Of a stretch of 64,000 bases of DNA, positions 48,461-58,808 are shown one piece after another. The notes under the pieces were generated by a model. The model saw only the letters and a program-made list of their open reading frames with translations. It searched no databases and had not been told where the DNA came from. Source of the DNA: Alphaproteobacteria bacterium. Lineage in GTDB: Bacteria; Pseudomonadota; Alphaproteobacteria; JAPOUT01; G958296285. The number at the start of each line of letters is the position of its first letter. Position 1 is the stretch's first letter. Position numbers and translations under genes: made by a program. Location of the stretch: assembly GCA_965212075.1 (NCBI GenBank), contig OZ243043.1, positions 582,763 through 646,762 of the forward strand, in the 5' to 3' direction.

Positions 48461-49347
48461 GCGAGGCTGTTAGAACTATTTCCAGAAAACCTAACTGGAT
48501 CAGAGCGCGCGCGCCCGGCGGCGAGGATTTTGCGCGCACCAAAAAGCTGATTCATTCTCTGGGCTTGGCGACGGTCTGTGAAGAGGCGGCCTGCCCGAAT
48601 ATCGGCGAATGCTGGGCGAAGTCGCATGCGACGGTAATGATTATGGGCGATGTCTGCACACGTGCCTGCGCCTTTTGCAATGTGGCGACCGGCAAGCCGC
48701 TCGCGCTTGATCCGACCGAGCCGATGCGCGTCGCTGAGGCTGTCGCAGCGCTTGGCCTCAACCATGTCGTCATCACTTCGGTTGACCGCGATGACTTAGC
48801 CGATGGCGGCGCAGCACACTTTGCTGCCGTCGTCCAAGCGGTGCGCGACAAGACACAACAGACCAGCATTGAGATTTTGACGCCCGATTTTCGCAATAAA
48901 AGCAGCGCGCTGGCGATCATCGCCGCCGCGCAGACCGATATTTTCAACCATAATCTTGAAACCGTGCCGCGGCTTTACAAAACCATTCGCCCGGGCGCGC
49001 GCTATCAGGGCTCGCTGGATCTGCTGCGCGATATAAAAAAACTGCGGCCTGATCTGTTCACAAAATCCGGCCTGATGGTCGGGCTGGGCGAGACCCCAGA
49101 CGAGATATTGCAGGTGATGGATGATATGCGCGCCGCACAGGTGGATTTCATCACGATCGGCCAATATCTGCGCCCGACGCTCAAACATGCCGAAGTCGCG
49201 CGCTATGTGCGCCCCGAAGAGTTTGAAGATTATACGCGCGAAGCGCGCGCCAAAGGCTTTTTGATGGCGGCCTGTTCGCCGATGACGCGCTCTTCCTATC
49301 ATGCCGAAGAACATTTTGAACAACTCAAGCGCGCGCGCGCCCACTGA
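48457..49347 (+). CDS. lipA: Lipoyl synthase
   Basis: Radical-SAM and auxiliary cluster cysteines ([21 protein letters not shown]). The ATGA start overlaps the eno stop. Confidence 0.93.
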   Translation: MSEAVRTISRKPNWIRARAPGGEDFARTKKLIHSLGLATVCEEAACPNIGECWAKSHATVMIMGDVCTRACAFCNVATGKPLALDPTEPMRVAEAVAALGLNHVVITSVDRDDLADGGAAHFAAVVQAVRDKTQQTSIEILTPDFRNKSSALAIIAAAQTDIFNHNLETVPRLYKTIRPGARYQGSLDLLRDIKKLRPDLFTKSGLMVGLGETPDEILQVMDDMRAAQVDFITIGQYLRPTLKHAEVARYVRPEEFEDYTREARAKGFLMAACSPMTRSSYHAEEHFEQLKRARAH

Positions 49348-49766
49348 TGCCATTTTTTACTGTTGAACATATTTCTCAACATAAAAGCGAAGACCTGTTT
49401 GACATCGTCGCCGATATAGAAAGCTACCCCGAATATCTGCCCGCCTGCCAAAATGCGCAGATTCTTGAACGCCATCCAAATTATCTTCTCGCCCAGCTTA
49501 TCATCGGCTATGGCCCTCTGCATGAGACTTTTATAAGCCGCGTATATCTTGATCGCGAGCGCGGAATCATTGACGTGGAGCTGGAAGAAGGCCCGCTGCA
49601 CGATCTGGAATGTCGCTGGTCATTCACTCAAAAAGGGGAGGATTGCCAAACCGTCTGCGCGCTTGATTTTGATTTTCAGCGCGGTTTTCTCGCGCGCTTT
49701 GCCACGCCTTTGCTGGATCGTGCGATCCAGCTTATGATGGACAGCTTTATTAAGCGCGCTGGCTGA
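49347..49766 (+). CDS. SRPBCC-fold protein (RatA / COQ10-like polyketide-cyclase family)
   Basis: 139 aa immediately after lipA, as in many alphaproteobacteria. The fold is typical of START/Bet-v1-like proteins. Confidence 0.7.
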   Translation: MPFFTVEHISQHKSEDLFDIVADIESYPEYLPACQNAQILERHPNYLLAQLIIGYGPLHETFISRVYLDRERGIIDVELEEGPLHDLECRWSFTQKGEDCQTVCALDFDFQRGFLARFATPLLDRAIQLMMDSFIKRAG

Positions 49767-50247
49767 GCAGATCAAGTCCGAGCTGCAGCGCGGCCAGCAC
49801 ACTCTCACGGCGAATTTCATCGCGTGGCCGGTCGCCGAAGCGGCAGACGATATCTTTGGTTTTTCCTTCCATCGCGGCGGCGATATGCACCAGCCCGACC
49901 GGCCTATCTGCTGTGCCGCCGCCCGGTCCGGCGATGCCGGTTGACGACAAAGCCAGCCCCGCTTGAGCATTTGCCCGCGCGCCTTCGGCCATTGCTCTGG
50001 CACAGGCGGCGCTGACCGCGCCCTCGGTTTTGAGCAAATCACGCGGCACCGAAAGCAGGTTCATCTTGGCCTTATTTGCATAGGTCACCCATGCGCAGCC
50101 AAAAATCTGCGACGCGCCCGGTATAGCGGTCAGGCTCGCCGCGATCAGCCCGCCCGTGCAGGACTCAGCGGTGGTGATCGTCAAGCCCGCTTTTTGACAT
50201 TGTTCAAGCAAAGCTTGCGCTAAAGTTTTTATTTCCTGATCGGGCAT
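49750..50247 (-). CDS. CinA C-terminal domain protein (nicotinamide-nucleotide amidohydrolase PncC-like)
   Basis: LTITTAESCTGGLIAASLTAIPGASQIF is the CinA C-terminal motif. Confidence 0.85.
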   Translation of the reverse strand: MPDQEIKTLAQALLEQCQKAGLTITTAESCTGGLIAASLTAIPGASQIFGCAWVTYANKAKMNLLSVPRDLLKTEGAVSAACARAMAEGARANAQAGLALSSTGIAGPGGGTADRPVGLVHIAAAMEGKTKDIVCRFGDRPRDEIRRESVLAALQLGLDLLSQRA

Positions 50248-50255
50248 CGTTGAGG

Positions 50256-50729
50256 TTAGAGAACTCCGACAAAATGAAGGGCGCGCAAAAGAACGATCGC
50301 ATAAAGCGCCGCACCGACATCATCAGCCATGACCGCCAGCGCAGAGGGCAGGCGCTTTTCTGCCAAAGAAATCGGCCAAGGCTTAAAAATATCAAAAAGC
50401 CGAAACAGCGCAAAGGCGATCACATAATCCCACAAAGACAGACTCGCCGCCGCCAAAACAAGACATTGTGCAGCCATTTCGTCAATCGTGACTTCAGGCG
50501 GATCGCGGCGGCCATCAATCTGAATATAAGCCGAAACGGCGAGCAGGCCGACAAAAAATAAGATCACGCTGAAGATCAAAAGCCCAAAATTGCCTGACAT
50601 AAATTGTATAAAAGCCGCCACCGGCAAAATTGCCAAACTTCCCCACGTGCCGGGCGCGAGGGGCAAATAGCCGGTATAAAAACCGCTAGCGATTAAAGTC
50701 GCAGGATTTTTGCTTAATTTTTTTATCAT
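50256..50729 (-). CDS. pgpA: Phosphatidylglycerophosphatase A
   Basis: TLIASGFYTGYLPLAPGTWGSLAILPVA is the PgpA signature. Confidence 0.88.
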   Translation of the reverse strand: MIKKLSKNPATLIASGFYTGYLPLAPGTWGSLAILPVAAFIQFMSGNFGLLIFSVILFFVGLLAVSAYIQIDGRRDPPEVTIDEMAAQCLVLAAASLSLWDYVIAFALFRLFDIFKPWPISLAEKRLPSALAVMADDVGAALYAIVLLRALHFVGVL

Positions 50730-51913
50730 TCAACTTTTTCGGCGCTGACGATTGCTTGCGCAGCGATGCCTTCATTGTTGCCCGTGAGCCCCATACCGTC
50801 GGTGGTCGTTGCCTTGACGCTGACATGCGCGCAATCAATGGACAAAGCGCGCGCGATCTGTTCGCGGATCGCCTCTCGGTGCGGCGCGATCGCCGGTTTG
50901 GCGCAAATGATCGTAATATCAACATTGCTGATCGCAAAGCCCGCTTGCGTGAGCTGCGCGCGCGCGCGATCAACAAAAATTTTTGAGCGGACATCGCGCC
51001 ATTGAGGATCAGAGGAGGGGAAGTGGCTGCCCAAATCTCCGGCACCGGTGATGCCAAAAATCGCATCGGCAAGCGCATGAAGGACGACATCGCCATCAGA
51101 ATGCGCGTCAATGCCCTGATCGTGCGCGATCCGGTGGCCGCCCAGCCAGATATGATCACCCGCGCCAAAGCGATGCGCATCAACGCCCAGCCCCATCTGC
51201 ACCCGATGGTGAAGTTTTTGAAAGATCGCAAAATCACGCGCTTCAGTGATTTTGATGTTGCGCTCATCGCCTGCGACGAGCTGCGTTTTCTGGCCGGTCA
51301 TCTCAAGAAGGACGAGGTCATCTGTGATGTTCATATTCTTATTTTGTTCGTTTTGTTCATTTTGTTTATGGGCGGCGCGTATTTCAGAATAAAGGAAAGC
51401 CTGCGGGGTTTGCGTCCGAAAAATACCTGTTCTATCTATTGTTATCATTTTTTCTTGATCTAATTTCTTTAACGTGTCATTGATCGGCAGCGCTGGTGCA
51501 GCACCAATATAGCCTCCATCATCGTCTTTCAGCGCTGCGACGAGCCGATCAACCAAACCCAGCGGAATGAAAGGCCGCGCGCCATCATGAAGCAAGACGA
51601 TTTCGGGCGCATAATCACGCAAAGCCTCCAATCCGGCGCAAACCGACGCCGCGCGCGTAGCGCCGCCGATGACCGGTGCGTGGATATTTTGGCATGTCGG
51701 TATATGGTTAATCGCCGCCAGCCCCTCCTGATAGAGCGCGCGGTCAGCCTCACGAATTACCGGCTGAACCAGCCCATAGGCCGAAAGCCTCGCCAAAGCG
51801 TGAAATAGAAGGGGAACAGAACCAAGTTTCTGATAGGTTTTGACGATCTTTCCGCCCATACGCCGCCCGTCACCGGCGGCGGCGACCACACTCGCTATTT
51901 TGGTGCCTATCAT
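50726..51913 (-). CDS. ispDF: Bifunctional 2-C-methyl-D-erythritol 4-phosphate cytidylyltransferase / 2-C-methyl-D-erythritol 2,4-cyclodiphosphate synthase (IspDF fusion)
   Basis: The N-terminal IspD domain (VVAAAGDGRRMG) and C-terminal IspF domain (GLGVDAHRF...HSDGDVVLHALADAIFG) are joined by a QNEQNEQNKN linker. Confidence 0.93.
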   Translation of the reverse strand: MIGTKIASVVAAAGDGRRMGGKIVKTYQKLGSVPLLFHALARLSAYGLVQPVIREADRALYQEGLAAINHIPTCQNIHAPVIGGATRAASVCAGLEALRDYAPEIVLLHDGARPFIPLGLVDRLVAALKDDDGGYIGAAPALPINDTLKKLDQEKMITIDRTGIFRTQTPQAFLYSEIRAAHKQNEQNEQNKNMNITDDLVLLEMTGQKTQLVAGDERNIKITEARDFAIFQKLHHRVQMGLGVDAHRFGAGDHIWLGGHRIAHDQGIDAHSDGDVVLHALADAIFGITGAGDLGSHFPSSDPQWRDVRSKIFVDRARAQLTQAGFAISNVDITIICAKPAIAPHREAIREQIARALSIDCAHVSVKATTTDGMGLTGNNEGIAAQAIVSAEKVE

Positions 51914-51999
51914 GATCAGCCTTAATTTAGAAATTTTTCGCTAGCTTGGTTATACTACCGCAGAATCTTTGGTGTAGAGCGAAAAAGAGGGCTTTCTTT

Positions 52000-53370
52000 A
52001 TGCGCGTAGTTGTTTGTGGAGCAGGCCTTGTCGGGCAAAATATCGCGCGCCAGTTGGCGGGCGAGGCGCATGATGTGACGGTCATTGACCAGCGCGAGTC
52101 GGTGCTGCAGGAAATCTCCAACACGATGGAAGTGCGCACCTTTTCGGGGCAGAGCTCTCATCCCGAAACGCTGGAGGAAGCCGGCGTCAAAGAAGCCGAT
52201 ATTCTGATCGCTGTTACAGGGCAGGATGAAATCAATATGGTCACGTGCCAATTAGCGCATGTTCTTTTTGGCGTGCCACACAAAATTGCACGGATCAAGC
52301 ATCAGAGTCACAGCACGACCTATTGGAACCGCTTATTTGCACAAAAACAGATTCCGGTGGATGTCGTGATTTCGCCGGAGCTTGAAGTCGGCAAAGCGGT
52401 GCTGCGCCGGTTGAGCGTTCCCGGCGCATTTGACGCGATGGACTTTGTTGATGGCAAAATCTGTCTTGCGGGCGTGATAGCGAGCGGTGATTGCCCGGTG
52501 ATCAATTTGCCGGTGGCGCAATTGCACAGCACGTTTCCGGGGCTGCGCGCGACGATCACCGGCATTGTGCGCGATGGAAATATGTTCGTGCCGCGTGATC
52601 TTGACGTTATTGAATCCGATGATGAAATTTACTTCGCCGCCGATGTCCGCGACCTCAAACGCATGCTGGTGATTTTTGGCCATCAGGAAAAAGAAGCCAG
52701 CCGTGTGCTGATTGCAGGAGCCGGAAAAATCGGCCTCTATGTTGCAGAAAATCTGACGCGCACGCAGCAAGTGAAATACACGTTCATTGAAGCCGATCAC
52801 GATCATGCGGTCAGAGCGGCGGATCAATTTCAAGACAGCGTCGTGCTTTATGGCAATATGCTCGATGCCGCCTTGATGCGCGAAGGCGGCATTCATGAAA
52901 CCGAAACCTTTGTTGCGCTAACCGGAGATGATGAAGCCAACATTCTTAGCTCGGTGGTCGCCAAGCAGGAAGGCTGCAAAAAAACGATCTGCCTTTACAA
53001 TAACGTGTCTTACCGCAACGTAATGCGCTCTTTGAACATTGACGCCTATATTTCACCGCGTGCGCTCACGGTTTCAACGATTTTGCGCCATGTGCGGCGC
53101 GGGCGAATCGCAGCACTTCACTCGGTGCATGACGGCGCAGCAGAGGCGCTCGAAGTAGAAGCGCTGGCGGCTTCGCCTCTTGTGGGGCGGCCCCTTGGCG
53201 AGATCAATCTGCCTGAGGGCGTGATTTTTGGCTCGGTATGGCGCAGCGGCGAATTCATCATCCCCAACGCCAATACGGAAATCCGCGCTGGAGATCATGT
53301 GGTGGTTTTTGCGCTGGCGGGGAAAATACAAGAGATTGAACCTCTTTTTCAGGCTGCGGTGCAGAATTAA
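52000..53370 (+). CDS. trkA: Trk potassium uptake system NAD-binding component TrkA
   Basis: ATG at 52000 follows AAAAAGAGGG. MRVVVCGAGLVGQNIARQL is a Rossmann motif, and two TrkA-N/TrkA-C modules are present. Confidence 0.92.
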   Translation: MRVVVCGAGLVGQNIARQLAGEAHDVTVIDQRESVLQEISNTMEVRTFSGQSSHPETLEEAGVKEADILIAVTGQDEINMVTCQLAHVLFGVPHKIARIKHQSHSTTYWNRLFAQKQIPVDVVISPELEVGKAVLRRLSVPGAFDAMDFVDGKICLAGVIASGDCPVINLPVAQLHSTFPGLRATITGIVRDGNMFVPRDLDVIESDDEIYFAADVRDLKRMLVIFGHQEKEASRVLIAGAGKIGLYVAENLTRTQQVKYTFIEADHDHAVRAADQFQDSVVLYGNMLDAALMREGGIHETETFVALTGDDEANILSSVVAKQEGCKKTICLYNNVSYRNVMRSLNIDAYISPRALTVSTILRHVRRGRIAALHSVHDGAAEALEVEALAASPLVGRPLGEINLPEGVIFGSVWRSGEFIIPNANTEIRAGDHVVVFALAGKIQEIEPLFQAAVQN

Positions 53371-53378
53371 ATGCATAG

Positions 53379-54875
53379 ATGCGACATTCTCTGATTTTAT
53401 CTTTTCTTGGCTGGCTGACGGCGGCTTTGTCTTTGTCTATGGCGCTGCCGATGATGGCGGCGTTTTTATCGGGCGAGGGCCGTGCGGGCATTTTATTTGC
53501 CTCAACAATGATGATTTCCAGTTTTGGCGCCGGCTTGATGATTTTCACCGGACGCCAATCGGGGAGGGTGCTCACACAGGCTGACCTATGTTTAGTTGCC
53601 GTGCTTGGCTGGGGGCTTGGCATTTTTGTTGCGGCTTTGCCTTTATGGGCAATTTTGGACCTTCCGATCGCGAAAATTTATTTTCTTTCGGCCAGCGCGC
53701 TGACGACGACAGGCGCGACAATTTTTACCGACCCCGGCACGCTTGAAGTGTCTGTCAGATTGTGGCTGGCTTTTTTGCAGTGGTTTGGCGGGCTTGCGAC
53801 ATTGGTGATGGCGATGATGGTGCTGGCCCCGCTTGGCGTGGGCGGCATGTCTTTGCGCCTTGTGGCTGGAACGGCCAGCGAGCAAAATCCGGATCGCGGG
53901 TTCATCCGCGCGCTGCAAATTATTGGCCCGCTTTATGCCGGTCTGACGTTTTTATGCGCAGCGCTTTTATTTATCGGCGGTGTGCCTTTCTTTGAATCTG
54001 TGTGCATGGCGTTTTCAACGCTTTCCACCGGCGGCATGAATCCGGGGTTAGATCAGTGGGTTTTGAACGCGCCTTATGTCAAATTTGTGCTGGCGATTTT
54101 CATGCTGATCGGCGCGATGAATATGGCGCAATATTATCTTTTATTGCGCGGCCGCGCGACCTTCCGCCAAGACCTTGAGCGGCGTGTATTTTTGGCGCTG
54201 GTTGTCGTGAGCGCTGTCGCTTTGGGCGTGCTGTTTTTTGATACGGCGCGCGCGGCGAGTGAAGAAGAGGTCACCAGCGTGTTCGCCGGAGGCTGGGGCG
54301 AATTGATTCTTGATTCGCGCTGGCGCGATGCGCTCGGCGAGGGATTTTTTGTCGGCATTTCGGTGATCTCCACAACGGGCTGGGCAGCTGAGGGCTTGCA
54401 GATACCTTTCATTTTCACTTTGCTTTTGACATTTATCGGCGGCATGACGATTTCAACGGCTGGCGGGCTCAAAGTGCTGCGTATTCTTTTGCTGCTGCGT
54501 CAAAGCCGCAAGGAATTATCTCTGCTGGTTCATCCGCATGATGTGAAAGGCGTTTATTTTGACGGCACGGCGATTCATATACCCTTGATGCAGACGGTGT
54601 GGGTATTTTTCGCGCTTTTTAACGCGAGCGTTGCGGTATTGATGCTGGTGCTGGCCTTTACCGGACTTTCATTTGAACATTCGCTGGCGGCTTCGGTGGC
54701 GGCGATTGCGAATGCAGGGCCGATGGTCAATATGGTTGGCATTGATGCCGCGAAGCTTTACGCGAGCCTGCCCGATGCGGCAAGCTGGGCGATGTCTTTG
54801 GGCATGATCGGCGGCCGGGTGGAATTGCTGGCGCTGATCAGCATCGTCAGCCCGATCTATTGGACAAGATCATGA
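53379..54875 (+). CDS. trkH: Trk potassium uptake system membrane component TrkH
   Basis: 498 aa polytopic membrane protein with repeated pore-loop segments (...TTTGATIF..., ...STLSTGGM...). Confidence 0.9.
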   Translation: MRHSLILSFLGWLTAALSLSMALPMMAAFLSGEGRAGILFASTMMISSFGAGLMIFTGRQSGRVLTQADLCLVAVLGWGLGIFVAALPLWAILDLPIAKIYFLSASALTTTGATIFTDPGTLEVSVRLWLAFLQWFGGLATLVMAMMVLAPLGVGGMSLRLVAGTASEQNPDRGFIRALQIIGPLYAGLTFLCAALLFIGGVPFFESVCMAFSTLSTGGMNPGLDQWVLNAPYVKFVLAIFMLIGAMNMAQYYLLLRGRATFRQDLERRVFLALVVVSAVALGVLFFDTARAASEEEVTSVFAGGWGELILDSRWRDALGEGFFVGISVISTTGWAAEGLQIPFIFTLLLTFIGGMTISTAGGLKVLRILLLLRQSRKELSLLVHPHDVKGVYFDGTAIHIPLMQTVWVFFALFNASVAVLMLVLAFTGLSFEHSLAASVAAIANAGPMVNMVGIDAAKLYASLPDAASWAMSLGMIGGRVELLALISIVSPIYWTRS

Positions 54876-55741
54876 GCCGCAGCGTCTATGTTAATGGAAG
54901 CTGGCGCGCTTATCATCAAGCGCGCATTCATATTGAAGATCGCGGATTTCAATTTGCTGATGGCGTTTATGAAACTTGTGCGGTGCGCAAAGGCGTCGTG
55001 ATTGATCTGCAGCCTCACCTCAGCCGTCTAGCGCGCTCGCTGGCGAAGCTCAAAATGGACTGGCCGGTAGCGCAGCGCGCCATGCCGCATCTCATTCATC
55101 AAACGATAGAGCGCAACCATGTTCGTGATGGATTGGTCTATATTCAAATCACGCGCGGCCATGCGCAGCGCGACCATATATTTCCGCTTGCGGCGAAGCC
55201 GTCTCTGGTCATCATCGCGCGGCATTTATCAAACGCTGCTAGGCGGGAGGGCATCAATGTCATCACAACACCCGACCTGCGCTGGCAGCTTTGTGATATC
55301 AAATCAACGAGCCTGCTTGCCAACGTGCTCGCCCGACAGAAGGCACGTGAACAAAATGCCCAAGAGGCTTGGCTCGTCAACGAACAGGGCATCATCACCG
55401 AAGGTGCGGCATCTAATGCGTGGATTTTCCACGGCGGGCGGCTCATCACCCATGCGCCCGACGCGGCGATTTTGAATGGAATCACACGATTGTCTGTCAT
55501 TGAAATTGCGCGCGATCTGGCCATTCCGATTGAAGAGACCGGCTTCACGCGCGCGCAGGCTTTAGCGGCTGATGAGGCGTTTATCACCTCATCGGTCGGC
55601 GGGGTTACCGCAGTGGACAGGCTAGACGGCCAGAAAATCGGCATTGCTGAGGGTGCCATGACCCGCAGAATAACCCGCAAAATGACTCATAAAATTCGGG
55701 CCGCTTTTGAAGAAAAAATCCTTCAGCAGGTGAAAAAGTGA
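54872..55741 (+). CDS. Class IV aminotransferase (D-amino-acid / branched-chain amino acid aminotransferase family)
   Basis: MSRSVYVNGSWRAYHQARIHIEDRGFQFADGVYE is the fold-type IV PLP signature. The ATGA start overlaps the trkH stop. Confidence 0.85.
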   Translation: MSRSVYVNGSWRAYHQARIHIEDRGFQFADGVYETCAVRKGVVIDLQPHLSRLARSLAKLKMDWPVAQRAMPHLIHQTIERNHVRDGLVYIQITRGHAQRDHIFPLAAKPSLVIIARHLSNAARREGINVITTPDLRWQLCDIKSTSLLANVLARQKAREQNAQEAWLVNEQGIITEGAASNAWIFHGGRLITHAPDAAILNGITRLSVIEIARDLAIPIEETGFTRAQALAADEAFITSSVGGVTAVDRLDGQKIGIAEGAMTRRITRKMTHKIRAAFEEKILQQVKK

Positions 55742-55804
55742 ACCTGAATCTTATTTACTGATTCTATATTTTTGCTATATTTATGTTAATGAGGGAGGGG
55801 CATT

Positions 55805-56083
55805 ATGGGTGAAGATAAGGACAAAGAAGAAAAGGTCAAAGATATAGAATGTTCGTTTTTAGCTTATATGCACAAAAAACACATGCCGGTGACGGTATTT
55901 TTGGTGAACAGGGTGAAGCTGCAAGGCGTGATTGACCATTTTGATATAAAAAGCATTTTGCTTGAGCGCGATGGCCATCGGCAGTTGATTTATAAGCACG
56001 CGATCTCGACGATCATGCCCGCAGAAAATATACCCCGCATGGCAGATACTGACATAAATACTGATGTGGGAGCCAGCTCATAG
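55805..56083 (+). CDS. hfq: RNA chaperone Hfq
   Basis: Sm fold VTVFLVNRVKLQGVIDHFDIKSILLERDGHRQLIYKHAISTIMP, preceded by GAGGGAGGGG. Confidence 0.93.
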   Translation: MGEDKDKEEKVKDIECSFLAYMHKKHMPVTVFLVNRVKLQGVIDHFDIKSILLERDGHRQLIYKHAISTIMPAENIPRMADTDINTDVGASS

Positions 56084-56217
56084 CGCATCTTCCAAAAAGT
56101 CTGATTCTTCATCCGCGCCTTCCGGAGAGCAAGAATACAGACCTGCGCTCGCTTGCCTCGCAGCTCGCCGAGATTGAAGGGCTGGCGCACGCCATTGATC
56201 TTGCGCCGCGCGCGGTT

Positions 56218-57381
56218 TTGCCGGTTGAGATCAAGACTCCACAAACGGCGACTTTGATGGGCACAGGCAAAGTAAAAGAGCTTCAAACGCGCATGGCTGA
56301 ACTTGATGTTGAGCTTGTGATTGTCAATGCTGCTTTGACTCCGAGCCAGCAGCGCAATCTTGAACGCGCTTGGCAGGTCAAAGTTCTTGATCGCACTGGC
56401 TTGATCTTGGAAATTTTTAGCACGCGCGCGCGGACAAAAGAAGCGCGGCTGCAAGTGTCGCTGGCACAGGAGGTCTATCAAAAAACGCGGCTCGTGCGCT
56501 CTTGGACGCATCTTGAACGGCAGCGCGGCGGCGGCGGCTTCTTGGGCGGGCCGGGCGAGCGCCAAATTGAATCAGACCGCCGTCAAATATCGGCGCGCAT
56601 CATAAAATTGAAAAAACAATTACGCGCCGTGCGCCAGCGCCGAGAGCAAATGCGCGCCGCGCGGCAAAAAGCAGCCTGGCCGGTGATTGCTTTGGTCGGC
56701 TACACCAATGCAGGCAAAACCACTTTATTTAATCTTTTAACGAGCGCGGATGTTCCGGCACGCAACAGATTATTTGACACGCTTGATCCCAAAATGCGCG
56801 CGATGAGTCTGCCAAATGGCCAGCAGGCGATTTTATCGGATACGGTCGGCTTTGTGTCTGATCTGCCGCATGACCTTGTGGCGGCATTTCGCGCGACTTT
56901 GGAAGAGGTTAGCGCGGCTGATGTAATTGTTCATGTCCGCGATATTTCCCATCACGACAGCCTCGCGCAAAAGCTGGATGTAGAGAAGATTTTACACACG
57001 CTAAATCTCAGCACCGATGCACAAAAGATCATTGAAGTTTTGAACAAGGCGGATTTGGCGCATGAGATTTCTGAAAATAAGAATGGCGGGTCTCATCCGA
57101 TTTTGCTCTCGGCGGCGACAGGTGCCGGTGTAGAATCTTTACGCGCGCGCATTGAGAACATTCTCAATGAAAAAAGGCAGCTGCGCCATTTTCGGGTTCG
57201 CCTGCTGCCCTGTCATCATGGTTCTGGTGCAGCCTCGGCGTTTCTATATGAAAGAGGGCAGGTGCTGCGCCGCAGCCACGATGATGAAGGCACCGCCATG
57301 CTGGACGTCGTTCTGCCAATTTATGCGGAAAGGGTTTTCAGAAAAAAATTCGGGAATATCCTCAACCTAGTTGAGGATTAG
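56218..57381 (+). CDS. hflX: GTPase HflX (coordinates give the TTG-start core; the coding region probably extends upstream to about 56101)
   Basis: HflX N-domain (LVIVNAALTPSQQRNLERAWQVKVLDRTGLILEIF), G domain GYTNAGKTTLFN, DTVGF, NKAD. The same frame is open back to 56065 and encodes HflX-like sequence, but no ATG/GTG/TTG occurs before 56218. Confidence 0.85.
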   Translation: MPVEIKTPQTATLMGTGKVKELQTRMAELDVELVIVNAALTPSQQRNLERAWQVKVLDRTGLILEIFSTRARTKEARLQVSLAQEVYQKTRLVRSWTHLERQRGGGGFLGGPGERQIESDRRQISARIIKLKKQLRAVRQRREQMRAARQKAAWPVIALVGYTNAGKTTLFNLLTSADVPARNRLFDTLDPKMRAMSLPNGQQAILSDTVGFVSDLPHDLVAAFRATLEEVSAADVIVHVRDISHHDSLAQKLDVEKILHTLNLSTDAQKIIEVLNKADLAHEISENKNGGSHPILLSAATGAGVESLRARIENILNEKRQLRHFRVRLLPCHHGSGAASAFLYERGQVLRRSHDDEGTAMLDVVLPIYAERVFRKKFGNILNLVED

Positions 57382-58741
57382 ACAGTTCGCTTTGCTCGAG
57401 CTTGGCGCGCATGATTTCCTGTTTCTGCTCGGTCAGCGGATAATTCCACATGAGCAGTCCGGCGGTAAGCCAGCATAGTCCGGGCAGAATGATATAAATC
57501 GCGAGCAGCAAATTAAGCGTCTCGGGTGAGTTTTCCGCCCGAGGCTGGAACGCGATCAAATCAAGCAAAGGGTAGGTGAGGCCGATGGACAGAGCAAGGC
57601 CGATCTTTTCAACCAGATTGAGCAGCGAAAAACATAGACCCGTGCGCTTTTGTCCTGATTCGAGCTGGTCAAAATCGGCGAAATCGGCCATCAGCGCGCG
57701 GAGTAAAAATGGCCCGGCACCATAGGCGATGCCATAGGCCGTGAGCCAAAAAAATCCCAGCCAGAACATGCCGCTCGGCAGCAAAAAACCCGTCGAGAGC
57801 ATCACAAAGGCATAAAGCACCGAGACCGTCAACGCGCGGTGCTTGCCGAAATATTTGCTCATCCAAATCCAAAAAGGCACAGCGATCACGCTGGAAACAA
57901 AATAAACCAGCAGCAAAAGGTTTCTATCTTCGCCGAGCATAAAGACATAGGAGATCAGATAAATATAAAGCGCGCCGGTCATGCCCAGCGCCAAAGCAAC
58001 CATCAGACCGGCCGCAAGCAGGCGGCGCAAGACAGCATCTTTAGCAAAAAACCGTATCCCGGCCTGCCAATCAAGCCGCGCCACCGCGCTGGCGGGTGCT
58101 TTTTCCTGCGGCGTGCCGCCTAAAGTAATCAAAGCGCATAAAGGCGTTGAGACCATGATGAACGTCCCCATCATCCAGACCGCCGAAACTTCGCCCTCAA
58201 CCCCAAAAACCTCCCAGATCGCCGGAAGGGCGAGCACCATAACCATGCCGGCAATGAGCGCCACCTCGCGCCAGCCTTGTATGCGCGCGCGCTCGTGATA
58301 ATAGGGCGACAATTCCGCTCCCCACGACATATGCGAAATGCTCGTCATCGTCGTCGCGATATAGATCAAGAACAGCCAGAAGCCCAGATAAAACGGCGTT
58401 GATGCGCCGCCGCTCGGGAGGAATAAATACCACGCGCATAAAATCTGCAGCGGCACCGCGAGCGCAATCCACGGGCGGCGGCGGCCCCAGCGCGTCGGCA
58501 GATAATCGCTCAGCGCGCCAAAAAACGGATCGGTGAACACATCCCAAAAGCGCGCGATCATAAAAATCAAGCCGACCGCTGTCGCGCCAATCCCCAATTC
58601 GCTCGCGTAAAAGGGCGGCAGATGCACCACAAGAGGCAGACCTAATGCCGAAATCGGCAGCGCCATAAACGAAAATGAGCCAATCTGCCAGTTGGATAAA
58701 GATGCTTTTGGCGTCTGCGCCTGTTGTGGCTGTTTACTCAT
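57362..58741 (-). CDS. MFS transporter, glycoside-pentoside-hexuronide (GPH/MelB-like) family
   Basis: 12-TM protein carrying the GPH signature GALSDYLPTRWGRRRPW. Confidence 0.82.
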   Translation of the reverse strand: MSKQPQQAQTPKASLSNWQIGSFSFMALPISALGLPLVVHLPPFYASELGIGATAVGLIFMIARFWDVFTDPFFGALSDYLPTRWGRRRPWIALAVPLQILCAWYLFLPSGGASTPFYLGFWLFLIYIATTMTSISHMSWGAELSPYYHERARIQGWREVALIAGMVMVLALPAIWEVFGVEGEVSAVWMMGTFIMVSTPLCALITLGGTPQEKAPASAVARLDWQAGIRFFAKDAVLRRLLAAGLMVALALGMTGALYIYLISYVFMLGEDRNLLLLVYFVSSVIAVPFWIWMSKYFGKHRALTVSVLYAFVMLSTGFLLPSGMFWLGFFWLTAYGIAYGAGPFLLRALMADFADFDQLESGQKRTGLCFSLLNLVEKIGLALSIGLTYPLLDLIAFQPRAENSPETLNLLLAIYIILPGLCWLTAGLLMWNYPLTEQKQEIMRAKLEQSELSNPQLG

Positions 58742-58808
58742 GATCCTCCCAAATCATCTTATCCGAAATCATCTTACCTGAAGCGTTATAAGGGATATAT
58801 CAAAGATT

